Shown in pieces: positions 1-13,478 of a stretch of 64,000 nt of DNA. The stretch comes from Octopus sinensis (taxonomy: Eukaryota). The stretch covers positions 8,432,001-8,496,000 of the forward strand of contig NC_043020.1 of NCBI RefSeq assembly GCF_006345805.1, in the 5' to 3' direction. The notes under the pieces are model-generated. The model had not been told where the DNA came from. It searched no databases and saw only the letters and a list, made by a program, of their open reading frames with translations. A program made the translations under genes and the position numbers. The first letter of the stretch is position 1. Each line of letters begins with the position of its first letter.

Positions 1-700
1 AGACAGACAGTGGGGGAAATAGACGGAATGAGGGAGAGAGAGAAAGACTGAGAGATAAACACAGAGAGAGAAAGAGAGATTGAGATAGACAAAGAATGGA
101 AGATAGACAGATAAAGTGAGAAATAGATAGGATGAGAGAGAGAGAGAGGGGAGGGAGAGACATACAGACAGAAAGGGTGAGAGGTAGACAGAGAAGGAAG
201 GAGATATACCAATGGAAGTGAGAATTAGAAATAGACAGAGAGAGAGAGAGAGAGAGACAGACGGAATGAGAAATAGACAGACACAGAGAGAGAGAAATAG
301 ACAGACAGAGAGAGAGAGAGAAATAGACAGACAGAGAGAGAGAGAGAAATAGACAGACAGAGAGAGAGAGAGAGAAATAGACAGAGAGAGAGAGAGAGAA
401 TAGACAGAGAGAGAGAGAGAGATAGACAGAGGAGAGAGAGAGAGAAATAGACAGACGGAATGAGAAATAGACAGAGAGAGAGAGAGAATAGACAGAGAGA
501 GAGAGAAATAGACAGACACAGAGAGAGAGAGAGAGAGAGAGAGAAATAGATAGAAGAGAGAGAGAGAGAAATAGACAGACGGAGTGAGAAATAGACAGAG
601 AGAGAGAGAGAGAAATAGACAGACGGAGTGAGAAATAGACAGAGAGAGAGAAATAGATAGATAGAGAGAGAGAGAGAGAATAGACAGACGGAGTGAGAGA
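1..700. repeat. Compound (GA)n/(GACA)n purine-rich microsatellite
   Basis: Almost pure GAGA/GACA/GAAATA units. Confidence 0.95.
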
Positions 701-1218
701 GGGACTGTGTGAGTGGCGAAGACTAATGAGAGGGGAACATTGTATATGTGTGTGTGATGCAGAGACACATAGGAGCGCCTAAACACATACACACACACAC
801 ACGCGCATCTAGAGACAGACAGACTGACAGAGAGTCAGAGAGTCAGGCAGAGCTATTGGTGTTTCCAGTCGAAAAGAAGCGACGGAGTTGGCCAGAAGTA
901 ACGACGAAAAACTGGCGTGAACGTGACGAGACTGTGGGAAGCAATTTATTACACACGCACATATATATATGCATAACACATACATAGATGTATATATATA
1001 TATATTGTTATACATCTTGATATAAAATCCCACATGCAAACAAAATATCCCTACGTATAACATACCATATAAATATATATGTATATGAATGCTGTATATC
1101 GTTGTAATTAAGAAATATATATACAAGCAATTAATTAATTAAACAAATGTTGGTGGAATCATAACAACTACAACAATAATAATTAAACCATATAGACAAA
1201 CAGATCGAAATCACTTGC

Positions 1219-1252
1219 CTTTTCATTCCAGATCGGATCCAACGAAGGTTGG
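1219..1252 (-). other. Candidate 34-nt micro-exon with GC-type donor
   Basis: Minus strand: pyrimidine tract ...tttttaaag | CCAACC...GAAAAG | GCAAGT; one frame reads QPSLDPIWNEK. Confidence 0.15.
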
Positions 1253-2502
1253 CTTTAAAAAGACCTCATAAAAGAAAAAAAAAGTCTACAAAACAAGGGA
1301 TACCCTTCTTATTTTGTCCACACATAACATACAGAAACACATACTAGGTACTTCAAGTACCCACATACTATATATAAGATGTATATATCTATATATACAC
1401 GCGTGTGAACACACACACCACATAAATATATGTGTATATAAATTTCTACTTTATATTTGGATGCTTCGTATTCTTGGATTGTTTTAATACTTACCAGAAT
1501 GATTAGATGGATGGACAACAGAAATGTGACGACGGTTTGGTGGTGTTATTATTCCGATGCTAATATTTCTAGACGAATGACTTGAGTAAGATATATCTAT
1601 ATATTTATATATATATATATTTATATCTGTATTTTTGTTGGTGTCTTTCTTTTAATCGCTGTACACAATAATTATTAATAATTTAACAACAAACAAACAC
1701 AAACGAAAATACATTTGTATATATTTTCATCTTAAAATCTTTTTTATTTGCTTAGATTGTGAAAGGGGGAAGAGAGAAAAAAACCTTCATTTAAAACCTT
1801 CCTCAGTCAACTTGGCGCTTACTTAGTAGATAAGAGGCCTTTACACACCACACAGACAGAGGAACATATATATATATTTATACATATACACACACAAGCA
1901 CATGCAGGCAGAAAACATACACACTGACAATTTCATACACACACACACGTATATATACACCACCCGCATGTGCACGTTTTCACACTTTCACACATGGTAG
2001 GGAAGACAAGCAGAAGTGATGTTTTGACCTGACATAAATACTACTACAAGCCAAAAACACACCGTTTAATATCATCAATAATAAACCCCACAGCCTTTTC
2101 CCTGTGAATGTGTCTAATTAAAACTTGTGTTTACATAATTATCTAATCTCCCCTATCACCTCCAACTGTCTTGATCACTTTTGATTTTTAATTAATTTTT
2201 CAGTTATATTTAAGGTCCCCCCTCTTCTGTATTTACACAGGTTAAACTGTATGTGTAATAATATAAATATATATATGTGTGCGTTTTTAGATAGATATTC
2301 GTTTTTCTCCCTTTAAATAGATAATTGAACAATTGTTTTCTTGTTCGGAGGCATTCACTTCACATACATACCCGAAACACGCATATATATATGTATAAAA
2401 TATATTTAAGCATTACAGAGAGGACGTCCAAATTTATATACACAAAACAAAATAAGGCTGTACATTACTAAGCAATATATATACGCATTGTGTATGTGTG
2501 TG

Positions 2503-2541
<39 letters not shown>

Positions 2542-3203
2542 TATCTAAATCTACAACCGTACACATGTGTACTCCTCTGCTCTTCCCTGCCCACTCTATA
2601 TATACTCCTTACTATCAAAAGAGACAGACAGACAGACACCCGGCCAAAACAGTCTATATATAACTGCTCTGACACAGGATATAACGGGTGGTGTAATACT
2701 CTAGGACACCTTTGATAAACAACCGTTTTGTCCCTTGAAAATTCTTACAACAGATAGTTTTTTTTTTTCCTTATATATATATATATTTCCCCCCGCTTCT
2801 GTCTGATTAATTGAGGGAGAACATTAAGTTTATAAACTCTTTTTATTTTTGTTGTTATTATTTATATATAACACTCAATAAGGAGAACAAAAAAAAATGA
2901 GTGTTTGCATGTTATGCACAATATGCATGTATATTAGTTTTCCTTGACGCGAAATAACCAAATTCACATTTTTTGACACCCTTTTCTGTGAACTTCAACA
3001 TTGTTTTAGCAAATTCACTAAGGAACAACTACAGACAACAAAAGGTAGCGTGTGAATACCTATATAATAATCTCCACCCTTAAAACCGCAGCAGACACTC
3101 CTCCGTCTATACAATATATATAATTCGGTGCATTGATTGTGATTAATTACTTTTTGGATTTGCTTTTATTTCTCATTCTTAATCCGAAACTTGTCGGCCG
3201 CAG

Positions 3204-3345
3204 ATGTCTGGAGTTACGAAAACCAAAGACAGCGATAATGCTGTTCTAAAACATTCTTTCTTTCTTCATACTTGTCTTTCGGGTGACATTCGTCAGCACC
3301 CGAAGCGCAGGAACACCCCGGCTCCACTCAATTTAGTTAACACAG
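3204..3345 (+). CDS. Candidate first or alternative coding exon, phase 1 (MSGVTKTKDSDNAVLKHSFFLHTCLSGDIRQHPKRRNTPAPLNLVNT)
   Basis: ATG at 3204, 47 open codons, then consensus donor CAG|GTAAGT; lies in a TE-free stretch; no homolog recognised. Confidence 0.35.
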
Positions 3346-4000
3346 GTAAGTCGGGTTTACCGGTCGCTTACCCAATTTAAAATTTTAAAAAACATTTGTT
3401 TTTATTTTTTTAAACGTCTTCTATTGTGAAGTGTATTATATATTTTTTATTTTATTAGTGCGGTTTATACTAACACATATAGTAGGGAAAAATGTCATTC
3501 AAGTGAATTGTATCTGCATAATCGTAATTTACACTTTCGAAAACCGATCTCTACCAAAATTTATTTTAAAAAACTTTGTTCAGAAAGTTATGAGGAAACA
3601 ACGGCGGAATTTCGTATCAGGGTGCCCGTGTAAGTTGGATTTTCTCCGTTTTGACGAGGATTTTCCCAATATTTATCCACAGTGGAAATAACGGGACCGA
3701 TTACGTGGGTGTCCTGATCCGAGTGGCCTTTCAAACTGTAATTATGCGAAACTAATTGCCATTTCAACACAATGAAGTGTTGTCCCAAATATCCCCTCGT
3801 ATTTGGTCTGTCGAAGTCAATTTTCCTATTTATATTCCTGTCCTCGAGTGCTTTTGTCCTTTGTCTATACATAATGTACTGTTCTGTGATGCTAAGATCA
3901 ACAAAAGAAGTATTCCCTCTAATGAAAAGTAAATATTATTTAATAGACATTTTATAGTATAATTGACCTCTGGGCCTTCGCGTTATATTCATTATATATA

Positions 4001-4143
4001 TATTTCTTTACTACCCACAAGGGGCTAAACACAGAAGGGACAAACAAGGACAGACAAAGGGTTTTAGTCGATTACATCAACCCCAGTGCGTAACTGGTAC
4101 TTAATTTATCGACCCCGAAAGGATGAAAAGCAAAGTCGACCTC
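4001..4143 (-). mobile_element. SINE S2, 3' part
   Basis: Matches other S2 copies (tacccacaaggggctaaac...gtcgacctc). Confidence 0.85.
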
Positions 4144-5599
4144 AATAGACAGACAGACAGACAGACGTGAGAGTCCGATGATTCGCAATCCATGTACTTT
4201 ACTAAAAAGTTTTGAGTAATTCTTCGATTTAGTGTTAAATAGTTTCTTTTAAATCTGATGTAAAAAGAAACACTTTAGCAATCTTTCGGTTTACGACTAC
4301 AAATTCGAAGAGTAAAATTGTTTGTGAGCAAACAGCATCGGAATTTGGTGTTTTGAAATCTTTTTTTTCCTTTTTTTTTTAATCGTATATCACCGAATTT
4401 TTCAACGTGGAATCTAAACTGAATTCAACATGGAATCAAATAAATAAATAAATAGATAGACTTTTTTTGCTTAAAGAGTAAACATTTTAGAAAATCTAGA
4501 AGTTAAAATACCCCCATATTTGAGGATGAAGGAGAAATTAAGTATTTAGAAAGTTTTTATTATTATTTTTGTTGCAAACTCGATGTATTAGAACTTTTTG
4601 AAAATGATACAAGGAAAGTAAAGGAGTGGACTGCCTATGGGATACATCAAGATATATATACATACATATATATATATGAGAGAGATAAACATAATTAGGC
4701 TGGACATATATCTATCTATATATAACTACGTATATGCAAAAATATATTTACATAACATAAAGAATACGGAATGCCAAAATGGCAATAAGCAAAACATGGG
4801 ATGAACAAGATTTAACAAATGTGATTAGTTTGACGCTTAAAAAGTAGTATAATATATATGTGAGTGTGAATACACACACACCCTATTAAGTATATCTTTT
4901 GGCTGATTTTTTCAAGTGGTTTTGTATAAAATACAAAATGGGACAAGATCCAGACAGTTAGGTGAGGTATTTATAAACTATGGAGAGGACGTGAAATAAT
5001 TCCTTTTGGGGGGAATAACAGACCTCGAAGTGCACAAAGCTATACATAATAGCATGTGAATATTGCGTTGAAAAACCATTTCTGGCTAGAAAAAGTCGGA
5101 AACTGGTGCTTCGGGGTTTGTTATTCCAAAATAGAATTATATGTATGTATTTTTGTTTTAATGATAATCGGCAAAAGTTACAGTTACACAAGAGCCGAGA
5201 GTTTCGTGCCGATATTTTCTGTCTGGTTCATATCACGAACGGTCACTATACCACCTGAACAACCCCGTATTTAATTCGAAATTCTGAGCAGCGACCATAT
5301 AAATTCTTCAACTATTTCCAAATAAATAAACTTTACTACATTCCTTATTATTTAATATTCTGTAGTTTGTCAACCTTTAAACAAGGACTTATAATCTTAT
5401 ACTAAATATAAACTTCCGGGATGTGGCCAGATTCTTTTATTCACCAGGACTGCGACCCATATTCAGGCCTCTGTGGCTGGGGCTTCTAGCTGAATAGAAC
5501 AAATTAGAGATGACCCCTTTTGTTTTTGTTTTCTTCAAAGGGTCCAAATTGAGGAATTTCCCCCCATGTTATTTATTGCAAAGCGTCGTTGGTCACATG

Positions 5600-5890
5600 T
5601 TTTCTAGCTAGCCAATCGCTAGTTCACTATGTTTCTGACGTCACCAACGGCAAGGGAGTTTCTTTAAGTCGATGTCGAACAATTATCTCAAAGGACTTAT
5701 CGCTTGTTCACTGCGTTTCCAACATCACTAGTAACAAGGGAGTTTCTCTACGTCAGTATTGAACAAATGTCTCCAGGGACTTCGTTCAGTTTTCTAGCCA
5801 ATCCATTGCCGATTCATTACGTTTCTGACATCTCCAGTAGCAAGGGAGTTTCTCTAAATTACTGTGGAACAACTACCCCAAGGGACTTTC
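5600..5890. repeat. Three degenerate tandem units of about 90-100 bp
   Basis: Recurring ttca..gtttc..caagggagtttct..gaacaa..ggact; TGACGTCA at 5636-5643. Confidence 0.6.
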
Positions 5891-6448
5891 TTCGTAAAGC
5901 ATTGGTTTGGGGATTTTGTCGCCGATATGTTCGTTGCTTGATAAATAAGCCATGTGTCATGCGCCAGGACAAACTTAATCCCACTTGACACGAATTTTAT
6001 ACTAAATTAGTCTGTTCTCAGTCTCGCGTTCTTCCCTAAAAACAGTGTTCCATTGTTATTTTAAAATTTACTTAACATAACACACACACATATTCATACA
6101 CAGCTGGCTTCCGTACATTCTCCATTCAAAGTATTGATCAACCCATCTCTATAGTAAAATAAAAAAAAACAAAAAAAAATTGTCCAATTTTGGGATCGAA
6201 CCCGGAACCACGTGGCTGTGAAGCAGACTTCTTAACCTACACGACCATGTCTGTGTTACTGACGGTGAAAAGAAATAAAGTCCCTGGGTAAAAAAATGTC
6301 ACTGTTTGTCTCGTGGTACCTTAAAGATATTAAGTCAAGTCAATTAAGCAAATGATATTTTGAATTTGACTAAAAATATGATTTACGATGGGGTTTAGTA
6401 GTGGAAATTTGTGATTTGTACAATATTTAATAAAAAGAATTTTTTAAG

Positions 6449-6612
6449 ACGCAGGCGTGGCTGTGTGAATAAAAAGTTTTTTTCCCAACAGTGTAGTTCC
6501 GGGTTCAGAACTACTGCATAGCATCTAGGGCAAGTGTCTTTTAACTGTATCTCCAGGCATCCAAAGCCTTGTGAGTCGATTTGGAAACTATAAAGAAGCC
6601 CGTTGTGTATGT
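6449..6612 (+). mobile_element. SINE S1, head half
   Basis: gcaggcgtggctgtgtg head through aagaagccc. Confidence 0.8.
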
Positions 6613-6626
6613 GTGAAATATAGATA

Positions 6627-6848
6627 TATTTCTTTACTACCCACAAGGGGCTAAACACAGAGGGGACAAACAAGGACAGACAATGGGATTAAGTCGATTA
6701 CATCGACCCCAGTGCGTATCTGGTACTTAATTTATCGACCCCCGAAAGGATGAAAGGCACAGTCGACCTCGGCGGAATTTGAACTCAGAACGTAACGGCA
6801 GACGAAATACGGCTACGCATTTTGCCCGGCGTGCTAACGTTTCTGCCA
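6627..6848 (-). mobile_element. SINE S2
   Basis: Near-full S2, B-box GAGTTCAAATTCC on minus strand. Confidence 0.9.
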
Positions 6849-6850
6849 AG

Positions 6851-6965
6851 AGAGGCGCAGGCGTGGCTGTGTGATAAGAAGCTTGCTTCCCAACCACATG
6901 GTACCGGGTTCAGTCCCACAGCATGCCACCTTGGGCAAGTGTCTTCTACTACAGCCTTGGGTTGG
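6851..6965 (+). mobile_element. SINE S1, head fragment
   Basis: aggcgcaggcgtggctgtgtg...gggcaagtgtcttctact. Confidence 0.8.
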
Positions 6966-7740
6966 AACACCACCTTGAATTGTTTAGTCGAAAAATCGCC
7001 CCTAGTATTTATAACAAAGCATTGTCTTGGGTTGTACTGTCTGAAAAGGTGAGATGGTCACAACCAGAATGTCTTTGATCATATTTATATTTGCCTCGGG
7101 CTAATTTTTTTTTAAATAGGTAAGAAAACTTATAGGAAGTAATAACTAGAATCACTTTTAATTTCGCTTTTAATAATGGCGTTGGATTAATGAGTTATAT
7201 AAAAGAAGTATGGTTATTTTATTTAGCCTACGAAAACCTAATATCGATCTAAAAATATAAAGTTTAGAATTTTTTTCATGATCTATATATAGTCAAATAT
7301 CTATTTAATAAACCCGAATTCTTAACCGTTTGGATTTCGCTAAGTTCGAAAAAGTCCACAGTTTTCTTCTTCGGGTTTTTCTGTTTAAAGACCAAACTTT
7401 AATTTTAAAGTTAAACTAGTTTCGAGTATCTTCTTAAATTATTCTCGTGACTAAAAATAATTGTATGTGTGTCCTTCCCTTTAAAAATGTTTTTAAAAAA
7501 ATTGATGTGTTTAGAGTTATGTCACAAATAACTCAGCTCATTCGCTTTAGAGAGCTGAGACCCAAGTTGAGGGAATTTTGTACAATAGAGTCGGAAATTA
7601 TCTACTGAAAACCAAAGACTGTAATTATTTTCGATGTATATATTTTAAGTATCGAAGAGTGCAATTCTGCAATATACTTTTGCGGGGTTGAAAGTGAAGA
7701 GGTCTTTGAGTATTTTTCCGAAAATTCGTTTTACAACTGT

Positions 7741-7905
7741 AGGCGCAGGCGTGGCTTCGTGGTAAGAAGTTTGCTTTCCAACCACATGGTTCTGGGTCCA
7801 GACCCACTGCATGGCACATTGAGCAATTGTCTTCTACTATAGCCCCGAGCGGCCAAAGCCTTGTGGGTGAATTTGGTAGACGGAAACTCAAAGAAGCCCA
7901 TCGTG
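7741..7905 (+). mobile_element. SINE S1, head half
   Basis: aggcgcaggcgtggct...aagaagccc. Confidence 0.8.
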
Positions 7906-7917
7906 CGTGTATATTGG

Positions 7918-8891
7918 ATTGGATTATCCCATAAATAATGCAGTCTTTTATACTTTTATTTCTCAGAATTAAGATAAAGATCTTTTTTAATCTGAAATAT
8001 ACTCTCCTTAATTTTCTACAATGCTCTGCCATCTACCTGGTACATTTGCAAGGCCCTCTCTTCCAAAATTCATTTGTTCATGACAAAAAATACTCCTCAA
8101 GTAATGTTCTGATCTCGTCTACAGAATTCATAATTTTCCCGTCCAAATGATTTTGAATACTGTAGAATAAATGGGTAATGTCCGGCGAATACGTCGTTTC
8201 CTATTCAAACTGCTCCCGCCTTTGGAATACCATCCTCGCTGCATGTGGCCAAGCATTATCCTGATGAAAGATTACCTTTCGTCTTGAAACCAAAGATTTT
8301 TTAAATTTTTACTTCTAGCGTTCACTTAAGCCGCTCAAGTTGTTCGCTGTAGATCTTTGTTATCGTTTACTTTGGGTTTAAAAGTTCAAAGTGGACTAAA
8401 CCTTTCATATCCCACCATACAGATAACAACACCTTACGTGGGTGAAGACCTTTAGCCTGGGGTGCCGGTGTTTCTCCTTTCCCTACCCACTGTCTTCAGC
8501 GCTTGACAGTTTTATAGAGAACCCATTTCTCGTCACCAGTGACTTTTCGGTCCAAAAAAGGTTCATTCTTGAGACGAGCTAGCAAAGAGCACACATTCAC
8601 TCTCTGTGCGCGTTAGACTCGGAAAGTTTTGAGAAACCTATTGGCCCAATTTGCTGACACAGGTGTCAATGAATGGTTGAATAACCAAATCCAAGCTTCT
8701 CTGCTGGTTTCTCAAGTTCCAATGGGATTTTGTTCTACCAGGGTTTGCAGGACGTCCTCGTCGAGCTCTACAGATCTTCCAGGACGGGGCTCGTCTTCTA
8801 GGCTGTAGTTTTCGGTTTGGAATTTCTGGAACCACCGACTTTTTAGTTCATGCAATTAAAAAAAACGGCATTGTTTATGGGATGACCTAAT
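7918..8891 (-). mobile_element. Deleted mariner (Tc1/mariner) element with transposase pseudogene
   Basis: Minus strand gives WFQKFQTENYSLEDEPRPGRS, VTGDEKW, GLHPRKVLLSVWWDMKGLVHFEL, IFHQDNA, YSPDI and C-terminal GRWQSIVEN*GEYISD, with stops and frameshifts; imperfect ~28-bp TIRs (att..atcccataaa.aatgc.gt) at both ends. Confidence 0.92.
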
Positions 8892-9266
8892 GTATATTTG
8901 TTTTGAACACTCCACCACTCCTTGGTAACCGATGTTGGTTTGTTTACCTTGCAGTTCATCTTTTATTTTAAGAATCTTAATCCGAAAAAAAAAATTAAAT
9001 TAAATTAAATTAAACCAAAACTCAAACGTCTCTGAAAGGTACCGGGGTACCTCAAGCAACATGAAAGAAAGTTTTTTCTCTCAAACTTTGTTTTAAATAA
9101 GACTGTTTAACCATTTCTGGATTGCCTTGGGTTAACAAAAACGATATAATTTCTGTTCGATGAGCTTTGACTTGGCTAAACTACAATAACCGACATCAAG
9201 TTAATTTATTTTTTGACAAATTATTAAATTCGTGCAGACGTGTTAAAAACGAGAGGCATAACTACA

Positions 9267-9529
9267 GTTTGGTGCTCCTTTAATTTTGTTTCTTCATAAC
9301 TTTTTGGGAGATGTATATTTTGGGAGGAAATTTTGCAGAGTTACATTTTTGAGAGTGTAGATTATGATGATACGCGTAACAATTTTTTTTTCCTTTAGAT
9401 GAGCCTTAAATCATTCTCCTTTCACCTGTGGACTTTGTTTCCTCATAACTCTAAAATGTTTATTTTTAATAACGTTTTACAAAAATAAACTTTCGAGATT
9501 GTAGATTGTTTCAAACAAAAAAAAAATCT
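9267..9529. mobile_element. Dispersed MITE-like repeat, copy 1
   Basis: Close direct match to 11909-12176. Confidence 0.75.
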
Positions 9530-10292
9530 GGAGTGGGGGGTGGGGGAATGAAAACTACTGTTTAGAGAAATTGGTAGTAATGTAGTTGGGAGAAGGTGGA
9601 AAAATAAACCGAAACTTCTTCAAAAATATACTTCTTCTTTAATTTAATCTGCATAATCGTACTCTACACTCTCGGAAACATCTCTTCAAAGTTTCATTTA
9701 AAAATATGCACTTTTCAGAAAGTTAGAAGAACAACGTCAGTGGGGCGCCAAACTGTACTTATGCCAGAGGAAGCGTTTCTCCTATACTTTTTCGTCCCTA
9801 AAACTAAGGTTTCTTAATTGGTTTGTTAATATTAATGTTTAACACAACACTAACCCCGAGATTCTTTAGATTCTTTCAGTATATTGTCTCAGGTTTGTAG
9901 GTGACTCTAAAATATCTATTCTTTCTCCTTGCTTTCCTACTTCCTTCGGCTTTCTTTTAGGAGGTAAATATAGGTTTTTTTTTCTAGGGTGTTGTTTTAC
10001 AATAGCGTTCCATCGAATTCTCATGGGAACGGAAAAGGGTAGGTTTGGGATTTTTTTTTTTTCTTTCTTTTAAGTAATCTTCCGCCTCAAGTAACGTAAA
10101 TAACGTTTATCGATTAAGTTGCTTCTGCTGAAAATTTCAAATTTCATAAAGTTTTTGTTCTTCATTTCCGTAACCACTTCTTTTCCCATGTAGTGTGGGG
10201 ACTTCGAAAGACAGTCCTTCCATAAATTCTGCCATCTTTAAATACATTTAAATTTGTTTTTATAAATGATTGCAGAGTAAAAATTTACAATC

Positions 10293-10682
10293 AGGCGCAG
10301 GAGTGGCTGTGTGGTAAGTAGCTTGCTTACCAACCACATGGTTCCGGGTTCAAGTCCCACTGTGTGGCACCTTGGGCAAGTGTCTTCTCCTATAGCCTCG
10401 GGCCGACCAAAGCCTTGTGAGTGGATTTGGTAGACGGAAACTGAAAGAAGCCCGTCGTATATATATATATATGTGTGTGTGTTTGTGTGTCTGTGTCCTC
10501 CTAGCATTGCTTGACAACCGATGCTGGTGTGTTTATGTCCCCATCACTTAGCAGTTCGGCAAAAGAGACCGATAGAATAAGTACTGGGCTTACAAAGAAT
10601 AAGTGCCGGGGTCGATTTGCTCGACTAAAGGCGGTGCTCCAGCATGGCCGCAGTCAAATGACTGAAACAAGTAAAAGAGTAA
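10293..10682 (+). mobile_element. SINE S1, full length
   Basis: A-box TGGCTGTGTGG, B-box GGTTCAAGTCC, central (TA/TG)n, tail gctccagcatggccgcagtcaaatgactgaaacaagtaaaagag. Confidence 0.92.
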
Positions 10683-11311
10683 TTAAAAAGCTTATTGTTG
10701 TTGAAAGTTCTCAAATGATCGCGGGACACGTAGTTAGCAAGTGATTAATTATTAACCAATTATGATGACATAATTTCAAACGACAACTATCCGTAATGTT
10801 GTTTAGAGACGTGTACAAACTCTTATTGACTACGTGTCTCGCAAGCATTTGAGAAATTACAAAAAGGGTTTATTATTCTCACCGAAGAGGAAAGTATTTC
10901 CGGTAAATTTTTATATTAACACACGCACGATTTTCACTAAGAAATAAACAAAACAAAAAACTTGGATTTTCTGTGTGGAATCAAGTACCCTGACCTCTTA
11001 ATATGCTGTAAATCCCGTATTTTTGGTTCGGATTATTTCGATTCCGTCCCGGAATCATTGGAAATTTGTTTGTTTTTTTCGTTGAATGAATTCCTGTGGC
11101 CTAATATGTGACAAAACCCTTTTTGGGGATCCGAAAAAAACTGGGTGGAGTGAGGTGGAAGCCTCGGAAATTTCACTCCACCCACCCTATTGATATTTTC
11201 ACCCGCATGATTTTCACTAAAGAAAAAACAAGTAAAAATTAAAATCGCACCCAAACTAATTTTTGCGTCTGGTCGGATGGAGAAAGATGAACGATTTAAA
11301 ATAAATATCTC

Positions 11312-11503
11312 TTTTTACTCTTTTATTTGTTTCAGTCATGTGACTTTGGTCGAGCAGATCGACCCCAGGACTTATTCTTTGTAAGCCTAGTACTTATTCT
11401 ATCGGTCTCTTTTGCCGAACCGCTAAGTTACGGGGACGTAAACACACCAGCATCGGTTGTCAAGCGATGTTGAGAGGACAAACACAGACACACATATACA
11501 CAC

Positions 11504-11577
<74 letters not shown>

Positions 11578-11758
11578 GTATACATACATATATACGACGG
11601 GCTTCTTTCAGTTTCCGTCTACCAAATCCACTCACAAGGCTTTGGTCGGCCCGAGGCTATAGTAGAAGACACTTGCCCAAGGTGCCATGCAGTGGGACTC
11701 AACCCGGAACTATGTGGTTGGTAAGCAATCTACTTACCACACAGCCACTCCTATGCCT
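11312..11758 (-). mobile_element. SINE S1
   Basis: Reverse complement of S1 with small internal deletion. Confidence 0.9.
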
Positions 11759-11908
11759 TAATTGTTGTGTGAGAAAGTATATATATTCTGATGATAAAAT
11801 ATAGTATCTTTCAAAAACATGCAAAATTTATACACTATATCTTGTATGTTTAAGGGAGAAAAAAAACCCATTTTGCAGAAACAAATTTTCCAGAGTGTGA
11901 ATGACATG

Positions 11909-12176
11909 GTTTGGTGCTCCTTTAATTTTGTTTCTTCATAATTCATAACTTTTTGAGAGATGTATATTTTGGGAGGAAATTTTACAGAGTTACATTTTTG
12001 AGAGTGTAGATTATGATTATGCGCGTAACAATGTTTCTTCCTTTAGAGGAGCCTTAAATCATTCTCCTTTCACCTGTGGACTTTGTTTCCTCATAACTCT
12101 AAAATGTTTATTTTGAATAACGTTTTACAAAAATAAACTTTCAAGATTGTAGATTGTTTCAAACAAAAAAAAATCT
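11909..12176. mobile_element. Dispersed MITE-like repeat, copy 2
   Basis: Close direct match to 9267-9529. Confidence 0.75.
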
Positions 12177-12512
12177 CGCCCCCTCACCTTTTTTCCAAAC
12201 CAAAATAAGGGATTTGCAGCATATTAGGCGGTCAGGGTACTTGATTCCATGCAAAAAATCTGAGTTTTTTTTTTTCTTAGTGAAAAATCGTACAGGTGTT
12301 AATATAAAAATTCACCGTATTTTCACCATTTTGTCAAACAGCACCTATAACTTAAATCAGGCAAGGACAACTTTTTCCAGAAGTGGGCCGCATGAAACAT
12401 AACTGATCATCAGGCGAGCCACAATTACTAAAAAAAACTTCAAGGTAATTTTTCGTAACGTGTGCTAGTTATAAAGTTGTGCGCATCACTGTTTGCCCGT
12501 AACTAGCTAAAT

Positions 12513-13059
12513 CAGGCCTGGCTAACGCGAATCACATTCCGGGCCCCTCTAACCCTTTAGCATTCAAACCGGCCATATCCGGCCAAAATATTTAACCTGT
12601 TTTATATTGAAACTGACCAGATCTCGCCTCTCACCTCAGCCCTACCATGTCATTCTAAAACTAAAAGAATCACATCACTGAAATCTCTAAACTACAAGAT
12701 AATGCATGATTAATTCAAACCATTTTAAATAAACAAACATCACATTTGATAGAATAATCTGAACACTAAAGGGTTAATCACTGAAAGTTTTTTGAGGGCT
12801 GTTTGTATACTGACAGAATTGAAAGCATTTTGCTTTCTCGTGCTATTATTCCAGTAATGAATGCATGATCATTGATTCAGCATTAAATATTATCGTTGCA
12901 AAAACAGTAGTAGCTTTCTTTTTTTACTTTTCATTACAATCTTTAATTTTTGATAGAATTTCAAAAATATTTGTTTAAAATAAACCCATTTCAAAAAAGT
13001 ATCGAGCAGGCCACAAGATAAAAGTCTGCGAGCCGCCTGCCTTAGGTTAGCCAGCCCTT
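12513..13059. mobile_element. hAT-like MITE interrupted by a piggyBac-like MITE
   Basis: TIRs caggcctggctaac / gttagccagccctt; degenerate 8-bp TSD agctaaat / aactaaac (6/8). Confidence 0.6.
12553..12773. mobile_element. piggyBac-like MITE
   Basis: TIRs ccctttagcattc / gaacactaaaggg; flanks ctaa / ttaa; partial copy near 17980-18060. Confidence 0.7.
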
Positions 13060-13105
13060 AACTAAACCGAAGTACATCTGAGGGACCTTTTCTGTTTGGC
13101 TGCTA

Positions 13106-13478
13106 CGCAGGAATGGCTGTGTGGTAAGTAGCTTGTCTACCAACCATATGGTTCCGGATTCAGTCCCACTGCGTGGCACCTTGGGCAAGTGTCTTCTACT
13201 ATAGCTTCGGGCCGACCAAACTGAAAGAAGCCCGTCGTATATATGTATATATATATATATGTATGTATGTGTGTTTGTGTGTCTGTGTTTGTCCCCCTAG
13301 CGTTGCTTGACAACCGATGCTGGTGTGTTTATGTCCCCGTTACTTAGCGGTTCGGCAAAAGAGACCGATAGAATAAGTACTGGGCTTACAAAAGAATAAG
13401 TGCCGGGGTCGAGTTGCTCGATTAAAGGTGGTGCTCCAGCATGGCCGCAGTCAAATGACTGAACCGAGTAAAAGAGTA
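13106..13478 (+). mobile_element. SINE S1
   Basis: Head, microsatellite and tail present. Confidence 0.9.
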
